Assembly (NCBI RefSeq): GCF_009914755.1
Contig: NC_060926.1
DNA length: 64,000 nt
Direction: 5' to 3' (one strand)
From: the human T2T-CHM13v2.0 reference genome, Homo sapiens
Made by a program: the position numbers and the translations under genes. The notes below the pieces were generated by a model. That model saw only the letters and a list, made by a program, of their open reading frames with translations. It did not search any database and was not told the origin of the DNA. Below are positions 25,972 through 38,730 of this stretch, piece after piece; positions within the stretch are counted from its first letter, which is position 1; every line of letters starts with the position of its first letter.

Positions 25972-25982
25972 GTGACTCAGCA
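25972..25982 (+). promoter_or_regulatory. Consensus ARE/NF-E2 (CNC-sMAF) site GTGACTCAGCA
   Basis: Exact match to RTGACTCAGCA; function not shown. Confidence 0.5.
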
Positions 25983-26151
25983 TGCTGGGTCCCCTGGCAG
26001 TTGAACATTTGGGTTTGGGGCCTGAAACTGCTGATGAGTCAGGCTGGGGGGCTAGGACTCCTTGTTTTTATTTGTATCTGCTTATTTAAAGAGCAATGAA
26101 GATTCTTTAGGGGGATCATGGGAAGGCACTACACTAAGACTGGGGTCGTGG

Positions 26152-26330
26152 AAGATGGTATAGCATAGAGGTCAAGAGTAAAGATTCTGGGGTCAAGCAG
26201 TCTGGATTTAGGTCCTTCACTTACTGGTTGTATGACCTTAGCAAAATTCACCCCTTTAAGGACCAGTTTTCTCTTCAAAATGACTATAATGATTGGATGT
26301 ATCTTGCAGAGGTACTGCGAGAATTAAGTG
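26152..26330 (+). mobile_element. MIR
   Basis: tatagcatagaggtcaagag...cacttactggttgtatgaccttagcaaa...cagttttctc. Confidence 0.75.
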
Positions 26331-26844
26331 TGTCCTGGATCTCAGCCGAGCAGAGGGATCCATCTTCTGACCCGACCTAGCTTGGCTGCTACTGGGTCTT
26401 CGTGGAGTCACAACCTCTGAAAAATATTGCTTCAGGGATTCTCTTCCTTGAGAGTTAGGGACCTGGAGAACTGGATATCTTCCAGTCTAGCAGGTTGCAG
26501 AAAGGCCACTTGCTCAAGGAGGCCCTGTTGTTCTTTCCTACTTCACTGTTCAGGTCTATTGGAGATGAACTTTTTTGGCTCCACCCCTAGTAATGAAACA
26601 GGTAGAACGGAGTATAAGTTGTTTGCCATTTGCTTTCTTAGTAACTTTATAACATCTCCATATTTATTAGTATCACCTCTCCCTAGTGATTATCTATAAG
26701 ACCATCAAAATGAAAAATGATATCTTTGATGTCAGCTAAGAAGCAGAGAACCAATGTATTCAGCATCATCCTGCAGCCAATTTAGGCGGTGGCACGTCCC
26801 AGTAATAAAGAATGCAGTGGTGGCACTAAGGAGGAAATGGAGCA

Positions 26845-26855
26845 TGCTGAGTCAC
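26845..26855 (-). promoter_or_regulatory. Consensus ARE/NF-E2 site (TGCTGAGTCAC on plus)
   Basis: Exact inverted copy of the site at 25972-25982. Confidence 0.5.
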
Positions 26856-26935
26856 TAGAACCTGCTTTAGGAAAGTAGAGTTTTAGATGCAGAGGAAGAA
26901 GGGCCTGCATCTGATTTTGGATGACAAGTGTGGCC

Positions 26936-27005
26936 AAGACTGGCTGATAGCTTGCAGGGCTCAGAGCAGTATAAATGTGGGTACCCTTGTTAAAAAATTA
27001 CTAAA
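26936..27005 (+). mobile_element. MER45A-like fragment
   Basis: ttgcagggctcagagcag...aaatgtgggtacccttgttaaaaaattactaa. Confidence 0.55.
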
Positions 27006-28647
27006 AGGATAGTGACTATGAGGCTGAAGGGAAGATGGAATCAAAACACATTTGTCTTTTGAAAGCATGAAGGTAAAATTGGAGTGGGAGAAATAAATAA
27101 AACAGCATTATAAACAGGATTTGATTTTAAAGAGAACATTTAAAAATACTAGAATCTGAAGATAAAAGTCAATATCTTCGAAGGAAACAAGTTGTTGTGG
27201 AAGGGGTGGGTGTCAGCTGTCAGATCGATTGGTTAGCAAGATTAAACCTGAGAAATTTCATTTTTATGATACTGAAGAAAATGTTTTGTTCTCCTGGCTT
27301 CATTAATCTAGTAGAGTAGTCTGGAAGAGAATTTGCTATTGTTTATTTTCTGGAAGATAATATGAGAAAGCTATATTTTTACAATCTTTGCAGAGATAGG
27401 TTTAGCAAATGAAGGTCTCACGCAAAGATTCTTTAGTTTACTAGAAAAGAATAAGGTGCTCTGGTTTAGCTATCTCTTGATAATACATGATGAGCTTCTA
27501 TTTGAGTTCAATAGATTTTTTTGTGTTCTGAACTTTCACCCGTGCAGCCCTCATACCTGCTGAGCGCAATGATAAAGAAAAAGTATCTTGAATGCCGTCA
27601 AAAAGTAAAAAATGTGAAGTTTCGCTCTGAGATCACATACTTTGAAATATACAGTTCATCACAGTATTTGACATGTCCTAAAGTACATCTAAAACAGGAG
27701 GTAACTACAGGTAATGTTATTTAAGTGGTCTACTGGTTGACCCATCTACCTATTAGTAGAAAATATTGGAAACCATGTTTTTTTTTAAAAGAGTGTAACA
27801 AAAGATTTTTGTTTTGTTTTTTTAAGCAGTTCTTTTATGACATTTTGAATACTGAAAAATCATGCACTAAGAGTATTTCAGATTGTGAATAAAATTACAA
27901 AACGTTGAGTTTCTTCTCTGATGTAAAGGATGCTTACGGTGTGATGAGAATGACAGTTATGAGCTATTATTTATTCTTTAGGGTCGAATAAAATTGAATG
28001 AGAGCAAGCTGAATTATGGACAGTGCCAAGCAGCCTTCTGAGGATTTGCTAGTGATAGCGAAAGGCAGAGAAAGGACACAGGGGTAACATTAGAAATAGA
28101 CACTATTAAAATGTACAAAGAAATACTGCCTTCCATCTAATGGTCTGAGCAAGTCTTTCCCAGTGCCATTGAGAGCCTGAAGTTCAGCTAGCACATTCTC
28201 TGGGAAGAAAGAAGTGAGAGCTTTCCATATCGAAGGTGGGCATTCTACTTTCCTAGACGTTGAAAAGATGTTGGGAGACATTGAGAAGAGTTGCCCGCTT
28301 TTATTGGTAAACCAATGGAAGCTTCTTTAGGCCCCACCAACAGGAGGTGATAAGCTGTGACTGTTACTATTGTCCAAGAAAAGGAATTTTGTGGAGACGG
28401 CCAAATTTTTGGATGCTGAGAGTGTGACACTGGCAAGATGTGCTTGTTTCCAATAAATAGGACTTTTCAGTGTTTGGCAAGCTTTCCAAAGGGATTTGGC
28501 ATTTGTTTTGTTTTTACAGTAATAAAGTTTTGACTTTCTAGGGTAAAATTTATTGAAATATTTAATTTTGTAGAAGAGAGAGAAATTTTCTTTTGGATTT
28601 ATTTAACATATATTAAGATATATTTAGAAAGGTTAAGGCTAGTATAA

Positions 28648-28703
28648 TTTAATCTTAGACCCGCATAAAGGAGGTTTAATCTTAGACCTGCATAAAGGAG
28701 GTT
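28648..28703. repeat. 27-bp tandem duplication
   Basis: TTTAATCTTAGACC[C/T]GCATAAAGGAGG x2, one mismatch. Confidence 0.95.
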
Positions 28704-28829
28704 GTAGATTAAAAAAAGCCATTGTATGTTCTTCAGGCTAACCATTCCTCAGTAAGCATCTGCTAAGCATAGCGAAATGGAGAGATGGCTTAATAACCAG
28801 GGTTCTGCTGGCAGCCCTGCATCCCTAAA

Positions 28830-29040
28830 TATCATCATCATTGCAGCCATCTTTGTTGGGATTCACTAAGACTCAGTCATTGAGTGAAGCCATTTGCATA
28901 CACTAAGGCCCTTAAATACTTCTATAAGGCAGGTATTATTATTACTATATCATAAAAAACTGAGGATCAGAAGGTTAAATAACTTGATTTAGATAACATA
29001 GCAAGTAAAAGTCAGAGGCAGGTTTTAATTTGTGTTTATT
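28830..29040 (-). mobile_element. MIR
   Basis: aggcaggtattattatt...aaactgaggatcagaaggttaaataacttg. Confidence 0.75.
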
Positions 29041-29157
29041 TCCCAAATTTACACCACCTCTGATGTCCTCAGGGATTCTGGGAATCCATAATCAAAGCTC
29101 TCTCTGGGCAGCTAGGATGAAAGCCACACTTAAGCTTTTTTGGAAAATGGAGTACAT

Positions 29158-29684
29158 GTAACTTGTTTTTGCCTCTAGCATCTACTTCCCCTTCTTATGA
29201 AAAACATAGCCTGATAGTACATTGGGGATACCACCTTTCTTCCGACTCTATGTGTTTCAAGAGAAGTTGACTCCATACCTGATTATAGGGATGAAGCATG
29301 CAACCCAGGTATAGGTCCATCAAAACATCCCATCTCTCTAGCCAAGATGGGCATCTGACCCAGGCTAGGCTAATCAGAACTAATGAGACTCAATTCTGGG
29401 ACACTGGTTTGTGCCATCATTGAAACAGACTCACTCTTTTCTGCAAGACCTGAAATTGGAAAGATTTGGAGTAGAAGTGTTGTAGCCTTTTGCAGTCCAG
29501 AGTGAAAGCCTATTTGATGATAGAACAAATGCAGAAAAAGATGGAACCAAAAGATGGGGGAAATAAATTGGGTCCTGATCTTATCACTTGCACCCTGCTG
29601 AAAGCTGGACCTGAAACCAGTACCCTGGACTTTCCAATTGCCTTGGATTGGATTTTCTTCGCTTACAAGATAAATTCTAAGTCA
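29158..29684 (+). mobile_element. MLT1K/L-type MaLR LTR
   Basis: gatgggcatctgacccaggctaggctaatcagaac...gagactcaattctgggac...gggtcctgat...ccctggactttcc. Confidence 0.7.
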
Positions 29685-30051
29685 GATTTTAGGGGCAGTT
29701 AGATAGCTGATGATCTTTTCTTAATTGTCCCTTTGCAATCCTCCTTAGTACCAGCTGTTGCTGCTGGTACTTCATACTCTCAATCCCTTCTCTGACTATC
29801 TTTGCTCATCACTACTTTGTCTCCTTTTAGTATCTCAGCAGAAGTACTGAAAGGCCTCTATTCACTGTTCTTAATGTGGGTCTATTCTTTCCATCTCTTC
29901 TTTTTCTTTTGCATTAGGCAGGTTTTAGAGGAGACTCTAACTATTCTTGGAAATGTGTCCTCTATCCCTCTCGTTCAAGGTTGTATTCAATTTTGTGTAG
30001 TGGATCAAGTTTCTTCTAAGCAAAACTAAGCAAAGTGATTGCGGAGAGATG

Positions 30052-30215
30052 GGTTTATTTATTCATGCAACAAATATTTATTGTGCATCTTATGTTGTAT
30101 GCTATTTATTACGCATTTACATTCTAGGCACTTCCTTTATGAAGCATATAGTAGTGTAGTGGGAAAGACGAAGAGATGTGTATTTGGGAAAAGCTTGTCC
30201 CAGGCAGAGGAAACA
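30052..30215 (-). mobile_element. L2 3' end
   Basis: tttattcatgcaacaaatatttattgtgcatcttatg, an antisense L2 tail. Confidence 0.6.
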
Positions 30216-30409
30216 GGAGTTGCAAATCTGTTCTTGTCCAAAATATTCTTTGAAACTACTTTCAAGGCCAAGTTCAATTTAATGTAGTTATTGAAGGCAC
30301 CATGTTGTGAAAAGAAGATATGTAAGAGGCAGTAGACTATTGCTCATCAGGCTGTGAAGTGATTCGTACTTGAGTCTATCAGTTTCTTAAAAAATAAAGT
30401 TGATCAAGA

Positions 30410-30620
30410 GAAGCAGCACGCTGTGTTGAAAGAGTTGAAGGGACCCATGAAATCCTAGATGCAGGCACAGTTAGGCCATTAGCTATGAGAAGAGTAGACT
30501 TTGTGTAATTTTGAATCAGTTCTATAATCTATGAAATAAAGACAATCTACTTTGCCAACTTTTATAGTTGTTCTGAGGATCAAAATGAGACATCCATATA
30601 TGTGGGACTTATTGATACCA
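30410..30620 (+). mobile_element. MIR
   Basis: agaagcagcacgctgtgttgaaagag...gttgttctgaggatcaaaatgaga. Confidence 0.6.
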
Positions 30621-30644
30621 CATGAATGTTTGATTGATTTTAAA

Positions 30645-30870
30645 TACATAATACCTATCACTTTTTAGTGATATCTATGGACTAGTCCCTGTACTTTTTC
30701 ACATAATAATCCAATAAGTTGGGAACTTTTATTATCCTCATTTTATAAATGAGAAAACGGAGGCATGGAGAGGTTAAACAACTTACCTGAAGTCACACAT
30801 CTAGTAAGAGGCAAAGCTGAGCTGTTAAGTCCAGAGGCCTTGTGTGTAATTCCTACTCAATACTGCCACC
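30645..30870 (-). mobile_element. MIR
   Basis: attatcctcattttataaatgagaaaacggaggcatggagaggttaaacaacttacctgaagtcacac. Confidence 0.85.
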
Positions 30871-31059
30871 TGAGATGCCAACCTAAAGGTTTTTCTAACC
30901 CTCTCCTCGTGTTGACTTGATATTTTATGTTGGACAGACAAGTGTAGCAAAGATTTTTACCTAATGTTTTAGGAGTGCCAATCATTTCCTCCTTGTATTC
31001 AAAATGTCTTTTTTAGGTAATTTAACACCCCTGTCTTGCAAATAGCAACCTTAATCCCT

Positions 31060-31460
31060 GATTTCTTCAGGGAGAAATGTGTAAATGAAAATGGGCTATC
31101 AGACATAGAGGGATAAACTGATTATGTAGCTGCAGGCTCTAAGGAGGTGTAGCCCTAGATGTTGAGGCTCCATAAAGGGATAATGCGTAGATCCATAAGG
31201 AAGAAATAGATACGCAGAGAAGTAGAGCTAACAGACTATATAGAAATTGAATAAGAGGGAGACTGAAAAAGAGACTGAGAAGCAGAAATATAGATTCATG
31301 GTTCCTGATCATCTTTTCCTGCTTCCAGCCTCTCCTGAAGATCAACCATTCATTTCACCCTTGGATTCTATGAGATGCCCCTAGGTCCTTCCAGTAAAAC
31401 TTTCTCATTGTTTAAGCTACTTTGATTAGGTTCTAATTTCTTGTGAACAAATGATTCTCA
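31060..31460 (+). mobile_element. Old MaLR LTR (MLT1M/N-like)
   Basis: 3' end cccttggattctatgagatgccc...agtaaaac...tttaagctactttgattaggttct...cttgtgaacaaa. Confidence 0.55.
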
Positions 31461-31499
31461 GAAGAGGAGAGAATCCTGGATGTAGATACAGGAGTCTTA

Positions 31500-32030
31500 T
31501 GAAATCATAGGTTTCCTATCCAATTTAAGAATCAATCTTACAACCTTCTTGGCGGATGTGATTTGGCTTCTGATGGAATACTTCTAGTGATGGACAGCTC
31601 ACTGTGACTTGAGATCTACACCATTATTAAATGGTTATCTTTAGTTGTCTAAACTTTCTTACATTTACCCCCAAATTATTCTCCTACATTTATGCCTACT
31701 GCTTATGGTTCTGACGTTCAGAATAGTGCATACTAATGCGTTTTCTTCTAGATGGCTCTTCAACTCCTGGTGGAAACTACTATAACCATTACATACTATA
31801 TAATATATAAGTTTATATATGTGAAATATATAATAGTCTAGAGTGGGACAACAAGACTGATAAGGAATATGAATTGTTTCTTCAGTTGTTTTTTGTTTGG
31901 CTTTTTATCCAGATTCTTTGCCAACCTTGTTGCCTTATTCTGGGCAATTCTGGTATATCAACCAATATCCTTTAAAAATATGTGCTCTAGAATTTATCAC
32001 AATGTTCTAGATGTGTAGAACCAGTAAAAT
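31500..32030 (-). mobile_element. L3/CR1 remnant
   Basis: gaatacttctagtgatggacagctcact and aaaatatgtgctctagaatttatcacaatgttctagatgtg resemble antisense L3. Confidence 0.55.
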
Positions 32031-32519
32031 TGTTGAGTTCCATAATTTGAACAATATTTAGACATGATAAACTTATATAATCTCATTGTCCCTTTGTAAT
32101 ATGCTATCGACATTGGTTATTTCTGAGCAACATTTTAACTCTGGAATGTAGAATCCACCAAAGAAGAATTCATTTGTACAATATTTATTAGTATGCATAA
32201 AAGATACCTAAATAATTGGCAGCTATGCTTATATGAACTCTCTTTTAGTAGGTAAGTCAAAGTAGTGTTATATCAGTCTTAGCAAACCTTCCACATAGCT
32301 TTAGATAGCAAAAGAACCTGAACTTTGAAGGTATCCAGTAGTTCTATTCATTGGCCTTGGTCCATCTAAGTCTTGGCTTTCCCTTATCTGGTGCATTATA
32401 TGTTTTGCTGCTAAGTTAATCTTGTTAAAAAATATTGTTTTGATTGTGTCATTGGTCTGTCAGGTTTGGAGCATCAAGGAGGTGTTTCTTTCTCCCTCTC
32501 TGTCTCCTTTCCTTCCTTT

Positions 32520-32835
32520 CTTTTATCAGAGAAGTCAAAATTTAAATTTACCTTTAAGGTCTTTCACAATATGCTCTTTTTCAATCTTTTCTCCTGTGGT
32601 TCACTTTTACCCTCTAGTTCAGTCAAATTGTTCAACTTCCTGCCCTCTGGATTTTCTCACCTTTACATTTTGTTTGGCAAAGTGAAAGACTTTTCTCTTT
32701 TATTCAGCCTGTCATAATCCTATTCATCTTTGAAAACCTGATTGATTCTGATTCTGATCCTTCTCTCTGTGATGGCTTCCCAAGTCTTTCCGGTTCACAG
32801 TAATTCCTTTGGCTTTGTTTTCTAACAGCACTTAG
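32520..32835 (+). mobile_element. L2 fragment
   Basis: aaggtctttcacaat...atcctattcatctttgaa...cttctctctgtgatggcttccc. Confidence 0.5.
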
Positions 32836-34615
32836 TGTGACCTATACATAGGTCAACTAATCAATTCTACTTTATAAAATCCCTTGTGATTGTGTAATGA
32901 ACCTTCATTAATCTCTTGTATTATCATATTTTCTACTTTCTCTAGTATTTTGAAATAAAGCTGAAAATTTTAAACATTCTGTTTTTCTGGAAAATCAGGG
33001 CAGGAGCCTCACAGGATCTGATATGTTTTTGAGAGCCCTTGACAAAGTGTTTTGCACTGGGGTGAGAGGAACGCATCAACAGTTGATCTTTTTTACAGCC
33101 CCGAATCTGGGGATTATTTGAGGACAAATAAAGAAGCCCATTTCAATAAAGTTAATATTTAGTGTGTTTTCAGGGACAGATGTAGGAAGAGTAAATATTT
33201 ATTCCTAGGTGTTTTAATATTAAAGTTTTCTGAAAGGAAAAAAGACAAGTAAGCCCAAAAGTTATATATTACAACCACTAACATTTCTTAGTTTCTTGAG
33301 ATTTGGAAAATGATGCCATTCTCATGCTTTAAAATTCACGTCCAAACATAGTAGGAAAAGTTGCCTTAATTCTGCACTGAACATGACTTTTTAAAAGTGA
33401 CACATCTATAATTTATTATTTCCCTTTGCAGCTCATTCTCATGTTAAGTTCTTTTAAGCTTTGAATTCATTGATGTCTTCTTAATTCTTACCCTCATTTT
33501 AACATCTGTTTTTACAATCCTGACAGTAAAGATTTTACTCTGAATATTATTAAATTGTAGGAGATTATTGATGTAGGTTGACTGTGAACTAATATTAAGA
33601 CAAACCTCAAAGAAAAATCTCAGAATTTTATGGTCAGTTTATTGGCCTTTGTGGCATACAACTAAGTGTCCTAAATTTCAAGGGTTTGCAATAAATTAAA
33701 CATATGATTTGAACTTTCAGGTGTTTCTTCCTCATTAAGTGAATTTATGATTTGTGAAGACAGTTCCAGAACATGAATCTCTCTTTTTCTCTATGCAATG
33801 CATAAAGAAAAAAATATTTCAGGACTGATTTTCTACTAGAGTCTTCTTCAGCTAATACTAACTGCTTTTCTAAATTTCTTTGCCCACTGTTTTCAGAGAG
33901 TTGGCCCTGGGCTTGTCACTAATTCCTAAATTCTAGACAGTCACTCAATATGGATTTGGGATCAACATGTTGTGGTAGAATGGCTTTGCAGTGTTATTTT
34001 CAGTCTATAAACAATGTGTCTGTATTTAAGGAACTATTGTTGGAATAGAAGGAAATTTGACCTTACTGGCAGGCTCCAGTTGGAAGTCTGCCTCGGGGTA
34101 GGCTAGCTGGGCCATTGCCCTGGTGTCCAAGGGGGGTCAGCAGTAGAGGGAACAAGTATCCTTCTTTAGACGCTCTCCCAGGTATCTGCTAGATGCTCTT
34201 TGAGGGACTGAATTTGTTCTAGAAAGAACTTGGGAGTTAAGGCCTGATCTGGAACTGGGATCCTTTTGGAAAACTGTCCTTCTCTGGGGGTATTTATTAG
34301 AGTGCCATGTTTGCAACTATGACCTTGGCCTGGCCTCTGGGAGCTGCTCATTTTGAGATGCGCTGTCTGGCTGAGGTCACCTTTAACTTAACTACTTGAC
34401 TTTGGTTCTTTCCTAAGTGTATTTTAATACTAACAACATATATTTATATTGGTACTTAGAGTTTATGGTATTTACACATTTTTTGGGGTACCATATAGGG
34501 TCTTTATAACACTTAGAAGGTATATAAGAAAAGAATTTCATGATCCACATCACAATTAAGAAAAGTCATTCGATCAAGCACACATAAGCAGAAAGTGGCA
34601 GAATCTGGTGTGAAG

Positions 34616-34848
34616 CAGAGTTTCCCGACCTCAGCACTGTTGACTTTTGGGACTGGAGAATTCTTTGTGGTAGTGGGTTGTCTTGTGCATTGTAGGATAT
34701 TTAGCAGCATGAAAAATTTACCCTGGTCTCTACTCAGTAGATACCAGTTGTAAACTGCCCTCTACCCCAATCTGTGTCAATCAAAAATGTGTCCAGATAT
34801 TGCCACATGTCAGTTGGGGGCAAAGTTTCCCCTAGTTGGGAACCACTG
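34616..34848 (+). mobile_element. MER20 (hAT-Charlie), nested in an antisense MIR
   Basis: CAGAGTTTCCCGACCTCAGCACTGTTGAC...GTGCATTGTAGGATATTTAGCAGCAT...AAAAATGTGTCCAGATATTGCCA...GGGAACCACTG. Confidence 0.92.
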
Positions 34849-36254
34849 TTTTAGAATACAGGTATTTCCCACTTTAAATCTAATGCATTTTCTACAATGC
34901 TGGAGAAGTTCCACATGGCTTGGTCGCATTTGGTGTAATATTCACAAAACTAGAGCCCTTTACAACTAGGAGAAACCTTATGTATAATGAAAACTTTCCT
35001 TATCAAAGTGAGGAAAGTGATACTTTCAGACTTTAAGTGAATTCTTCCTTGATCTTTTTTCTGTAAGAGCTAACATAAATTACTCTTTTTCATAAGAATG
35101 GTGAAGTAGACCACAGGTTGCTTTCTACAGTTCACCAATTAATTATTTGTTATATCAATTGTCCAATTTAATTCCCACTTATCGAATATTCAGGGAACGT
35201 TTCACTGTATAATGTGTTCTCTCATGTAAAGTGCCAACCTTGCCTTAAAGAAGTTAACAATCTACCAACTCAATAAAATAACCAAAGATATCTGATGTCT
35301 GGCCCAGACACCTGGTCATATTGCAGCCTCTATTTGATATTCAAGAGGTGAATAAGATGTGGTTCAATTGATTTTAAATATTAATCGAGCGTCCATTATG
35401 TGCAAGGCCCTGAGCCAGGAACCGCAATGAATTATTTGGCATCTGCCCTCCAGGGAATAGAATCATCACCAGACATCAATGGGGTACCATTAAATTGTAC
35501 CTTCTGCATGGGAGGGTGTGCATGAGACTGTGAGAGGGATTTAGCGAGTAGTAAAAGTACTCAGGGATGTCAAAATGATAGAAAAATACAAAAGAAAAAT
35601 GAAGTAAATTATAGTTCCATAAAATTATAACATGGATTTTGTTGTTTCAGATAAAGCATTCAAAGCATTTGATTGTAACTGCTGAGTTACCTGTACTATT
35701 TTAAAAAAGCTGCATCTGTGTTTATCAAGTATGGCAAGTCATGTGTAATTAGATTGGTAGGCTACCTGTGGAGGTTTATTTATTATTACATTGTCAGTCT
35801 CCTTTGGAATATTTGAGGGTGGTAGGGACCTCCAAAAGCCAGACCTTTGGGACAGAGAAAGACTAGCCAGAACTAAACTCTAATAAAATCAATGATTTTT
35901 TAAAAATGAGATATGAAGACTCTTTCTGGAGCTATGCCCATAGGAGAGATGAAAGGAAGAAAATCATATTTGAAAGCCAATTATCAAGTATATTTTCATC
36001 TCCCACATGCAAGTAAGGTGAGTATAGAAAAGAATAACCCAAAGGGAATGGATTGGCTGAGGGTAGATTTCTATTCAGAATATTTTTTTTTTCAGTGGAT
36101 TATAAAATTGCAGGAGAAAAGAGAAACCTGGGCCATGGCAAGGTTATACATTTCGTTAGACTGAGATTACTCTTTTGGGTTGTGTGTTCGTCTGGCATGA
36201 AATTGGGAGATGCAAGAGGGGATTCATGGGTCTATGGAAGAGAGTTGAAGGCAT

Positions 36255-36470
36255 TAGCATTTCTTAAGTATTTGCTGTATTTTAGATGATTTAATGTACG
36301 TTAAATCATTTATGGTCTCATAACAACTCTCTGAACCAGGTGGTTTTACCTCTGTTTTACAGTAAAAAAACTCAGAAAAGCTTAGAGGAATCTTGTAAGC
36401 TGTGGTTTGTTAGTGACAGAGCTTGGAATAGACTCTGGACCTGTCTCATGCTAAAGCCTGTTCTCTTTCT
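36255..36470 (-). mobile_element. MIR
   Basis: ctcataacaactctctga...ctgttttacag...agtgacagagcttggaat. Confidence 0.65.
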
Positions 36471-38309
36471 TGTAAAGAAAGAGGTTGAGTCACCAACTTC
36501 AGGTTGATGTGTCCTGATAATTCATTTTATCTTGTAAGCATTGTAACAGTTTATGCTCAAGAGATGCCCATTTATTTATATCAGTTCTCTATATTCCCTC
36601 CCTTTCTTGCTTCCAGAACAGTTAAGGGTCTCCTGGGATATGGGTATATGAGAGAGGGAAAGGAAGAGATTTTTCCAAGGGGCCACTCCTAGGATCAGGG
36701 TATGTAGGAGAGGGACAGGAAGAGATTTGGAATCAGAGCTGGTTTCTTAATTACTCTCAGCTTCCGTTTCTTTAACCGTAAAATTTAAGCCACAATCTCT
36801 ATCTTCCAGGATTGTTGTGTAGGTTACCAGGACTACATAAAGCAAACGACCACAGTGCCCAGCCTCCAGGAAACGTCCCATCAGTGAGAGTTACTGATGG
36901 GGAGAGAGATGGGGTGGGAGAAATATTGTTCTGGCTACCCATCCCTCCCCAGAGTGATGCTCCAGCTCCTTTTGCTTTCTCCCTTTCGGGTTTCCATTTT
37001 CTCTGTAAATTACAGCTCTGGAATAATCTGTTTAACTCTTTCTGATGAATGCTTACCTTTTGGCAAATTTAATTACATCTGGTGTCATTCGAGGTCTTTT
37101 ATGACACATAACTTGAAACAGACCATTAGAAGGAAACTACTTGAAAACAAACTGGAATCAATGGAAAATAGATTAATATGACTCCTAGACGGCAGAAGAC
37201 GACAGGCTATTACCCTGGGTAGTTAGTGTGGTTTATAGCAAACAAGTTTCTGAAAATAGTCTCTGCCATCAGCGTCCAATAGGTCCCCGCTGGATCATGA
37301 GTGTCAGCCAATATCAGAGAGCTCCGGATTGTTTTTTTTTAAAGGTCTCAGTGTACCCCTGAGATACACATAAACATTAATAAACCTGAGCCTTGGTCAA
37401 TGTGTGAGGACTATATGGTGAATATATTCCCATTATGGGAGGAAAAACTCAAGGCGGTGAAAATAAATCTCCCGAGGTTGCTCAAAGTTAGTGGGCCTGA
37501 GGCCATGGCAAGCCTGTCATCCCTGCTGCCCTTCTGGGAGGCTCAACCCTCTTCATAAGCCGAACTCCGTCAATATCTGGAGTGAAGAGACAGTGCTGAG
37601 ATTAAAGCAGCAGATTTCTTGTCCCACAAGGGCAGTGTGTCTTTTAATGTAAACCTGTGGGTTTACTCAGTGTTGGGGCTCAATGAAGAGCCATGTCTTA
37701 GTCAAGTAAAAAAAATAAATAAATAAAATAAAAAAATAAAAAAATAATAAGACCAGCTAGACAGCATGTAACCATGGGAATGAAAATGTTAACTAGGCCA
37801 GGAACTTTTCTCTAGTTTAATCTGAGTTATTTCATATTTAAAAGTCTATGCTATAGATTTTATTCCAAAAGAGGGGGAAGAGAATACTCCCAGAGGAAAT
37901 CAGTATGAAACTAAAGGAGAGCAGGCTCTGAGACAGATTGCCTGGATTCAGGGGCTCCTGGACAAGTAACTTCCTTTCTCTAAGCCTCAATTTCTTCACC
38001 TTTAAATTAAGGCTGACTCCTGCCCCCAATCCCTGTTTTCATCCCTCAAAGCCCTACCCATTCTTTGAAATTCAGATGAGATCCCTGAAGCCTTTTCCTG
38101 ACTTTCCCTCCTGGTCACCCTGCCCACGTACCTTGTGCCAGTCCACTCCGTGGACGCTTCTCCCACACCATAATTATAAATACATTTTAATTCCATAAAT
38201 GGGAATAGGACCTCTGAGAACAGAGACTGAGCCATGTACTCTTTTGCATGATGCCCTCAGAATGCCTTCAAAAATGTGTTAATGAAATAAATGAAAACCT
38301 CAAAACTGG

Positions 38310-38730
38310 GCAGTCTTTAAGTACTATGTGCCAGGCACCTGGCAAAATACTTTGCATGAATCATCTCATTTAATCCTTGCCAAATTGAAGAGGTGCAATG
38401 GGTTTTGAAGCGTTCAGATGAGTAGACTTCACTTTATGGAGGTTAGGTCACACTGTTGTTGAGTACTAAGTTTCACGCCAAACCAGTCTTAACCCTGGTT
38501 TCCTCATATTTACCAAATTGTTTAATACATATAGATAGCGCTTCTTCCATGCCAAGCACTGGTTTAGGCATTTACATATATGGACTCATTTAATCTTCAC
38601 AAAAGTTCCATGAGGTAGACAGAAGCCTATCTCTACTTCATGCGTGACAAAATGAAGGCGCAGAGAGCTTAATTTTCTCAGAATCATATAGCAAGAAAAT
38701 AGGAAAGCTGGGATTCAAATTTAGGCAAAT
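38310..38730 (-). mobile_element. Two adjacent antisense MIR fragments
   Basis: tactatgtgccaggcac...tctcatttaatcct, then atgccaagcactgg...tcatttaatcttcac...gctgggattcaaat. Confidence 0.7.

Noticed and set aside
26020-26045. GAAA and CTGATGA bracketed by GCCTGA/TCAGGC, resembling a hammerhead ribozyme core
   Set aside because: Only 3 nt separate GAAA from CUGAUGA, so stems I and III and the cleavage triplet cannot form.
27941-28045. GTGATGA...CTGA as a box C/D snoRNA
   Set aside because: No terminal stem and no recognisable rRNA or snRNA guide sequence.
37057-37151. Further minus-strand exon-like pair (another near 57160-57238)
   Set aside because: Strong donors but only moderate acceptors, with no other support.
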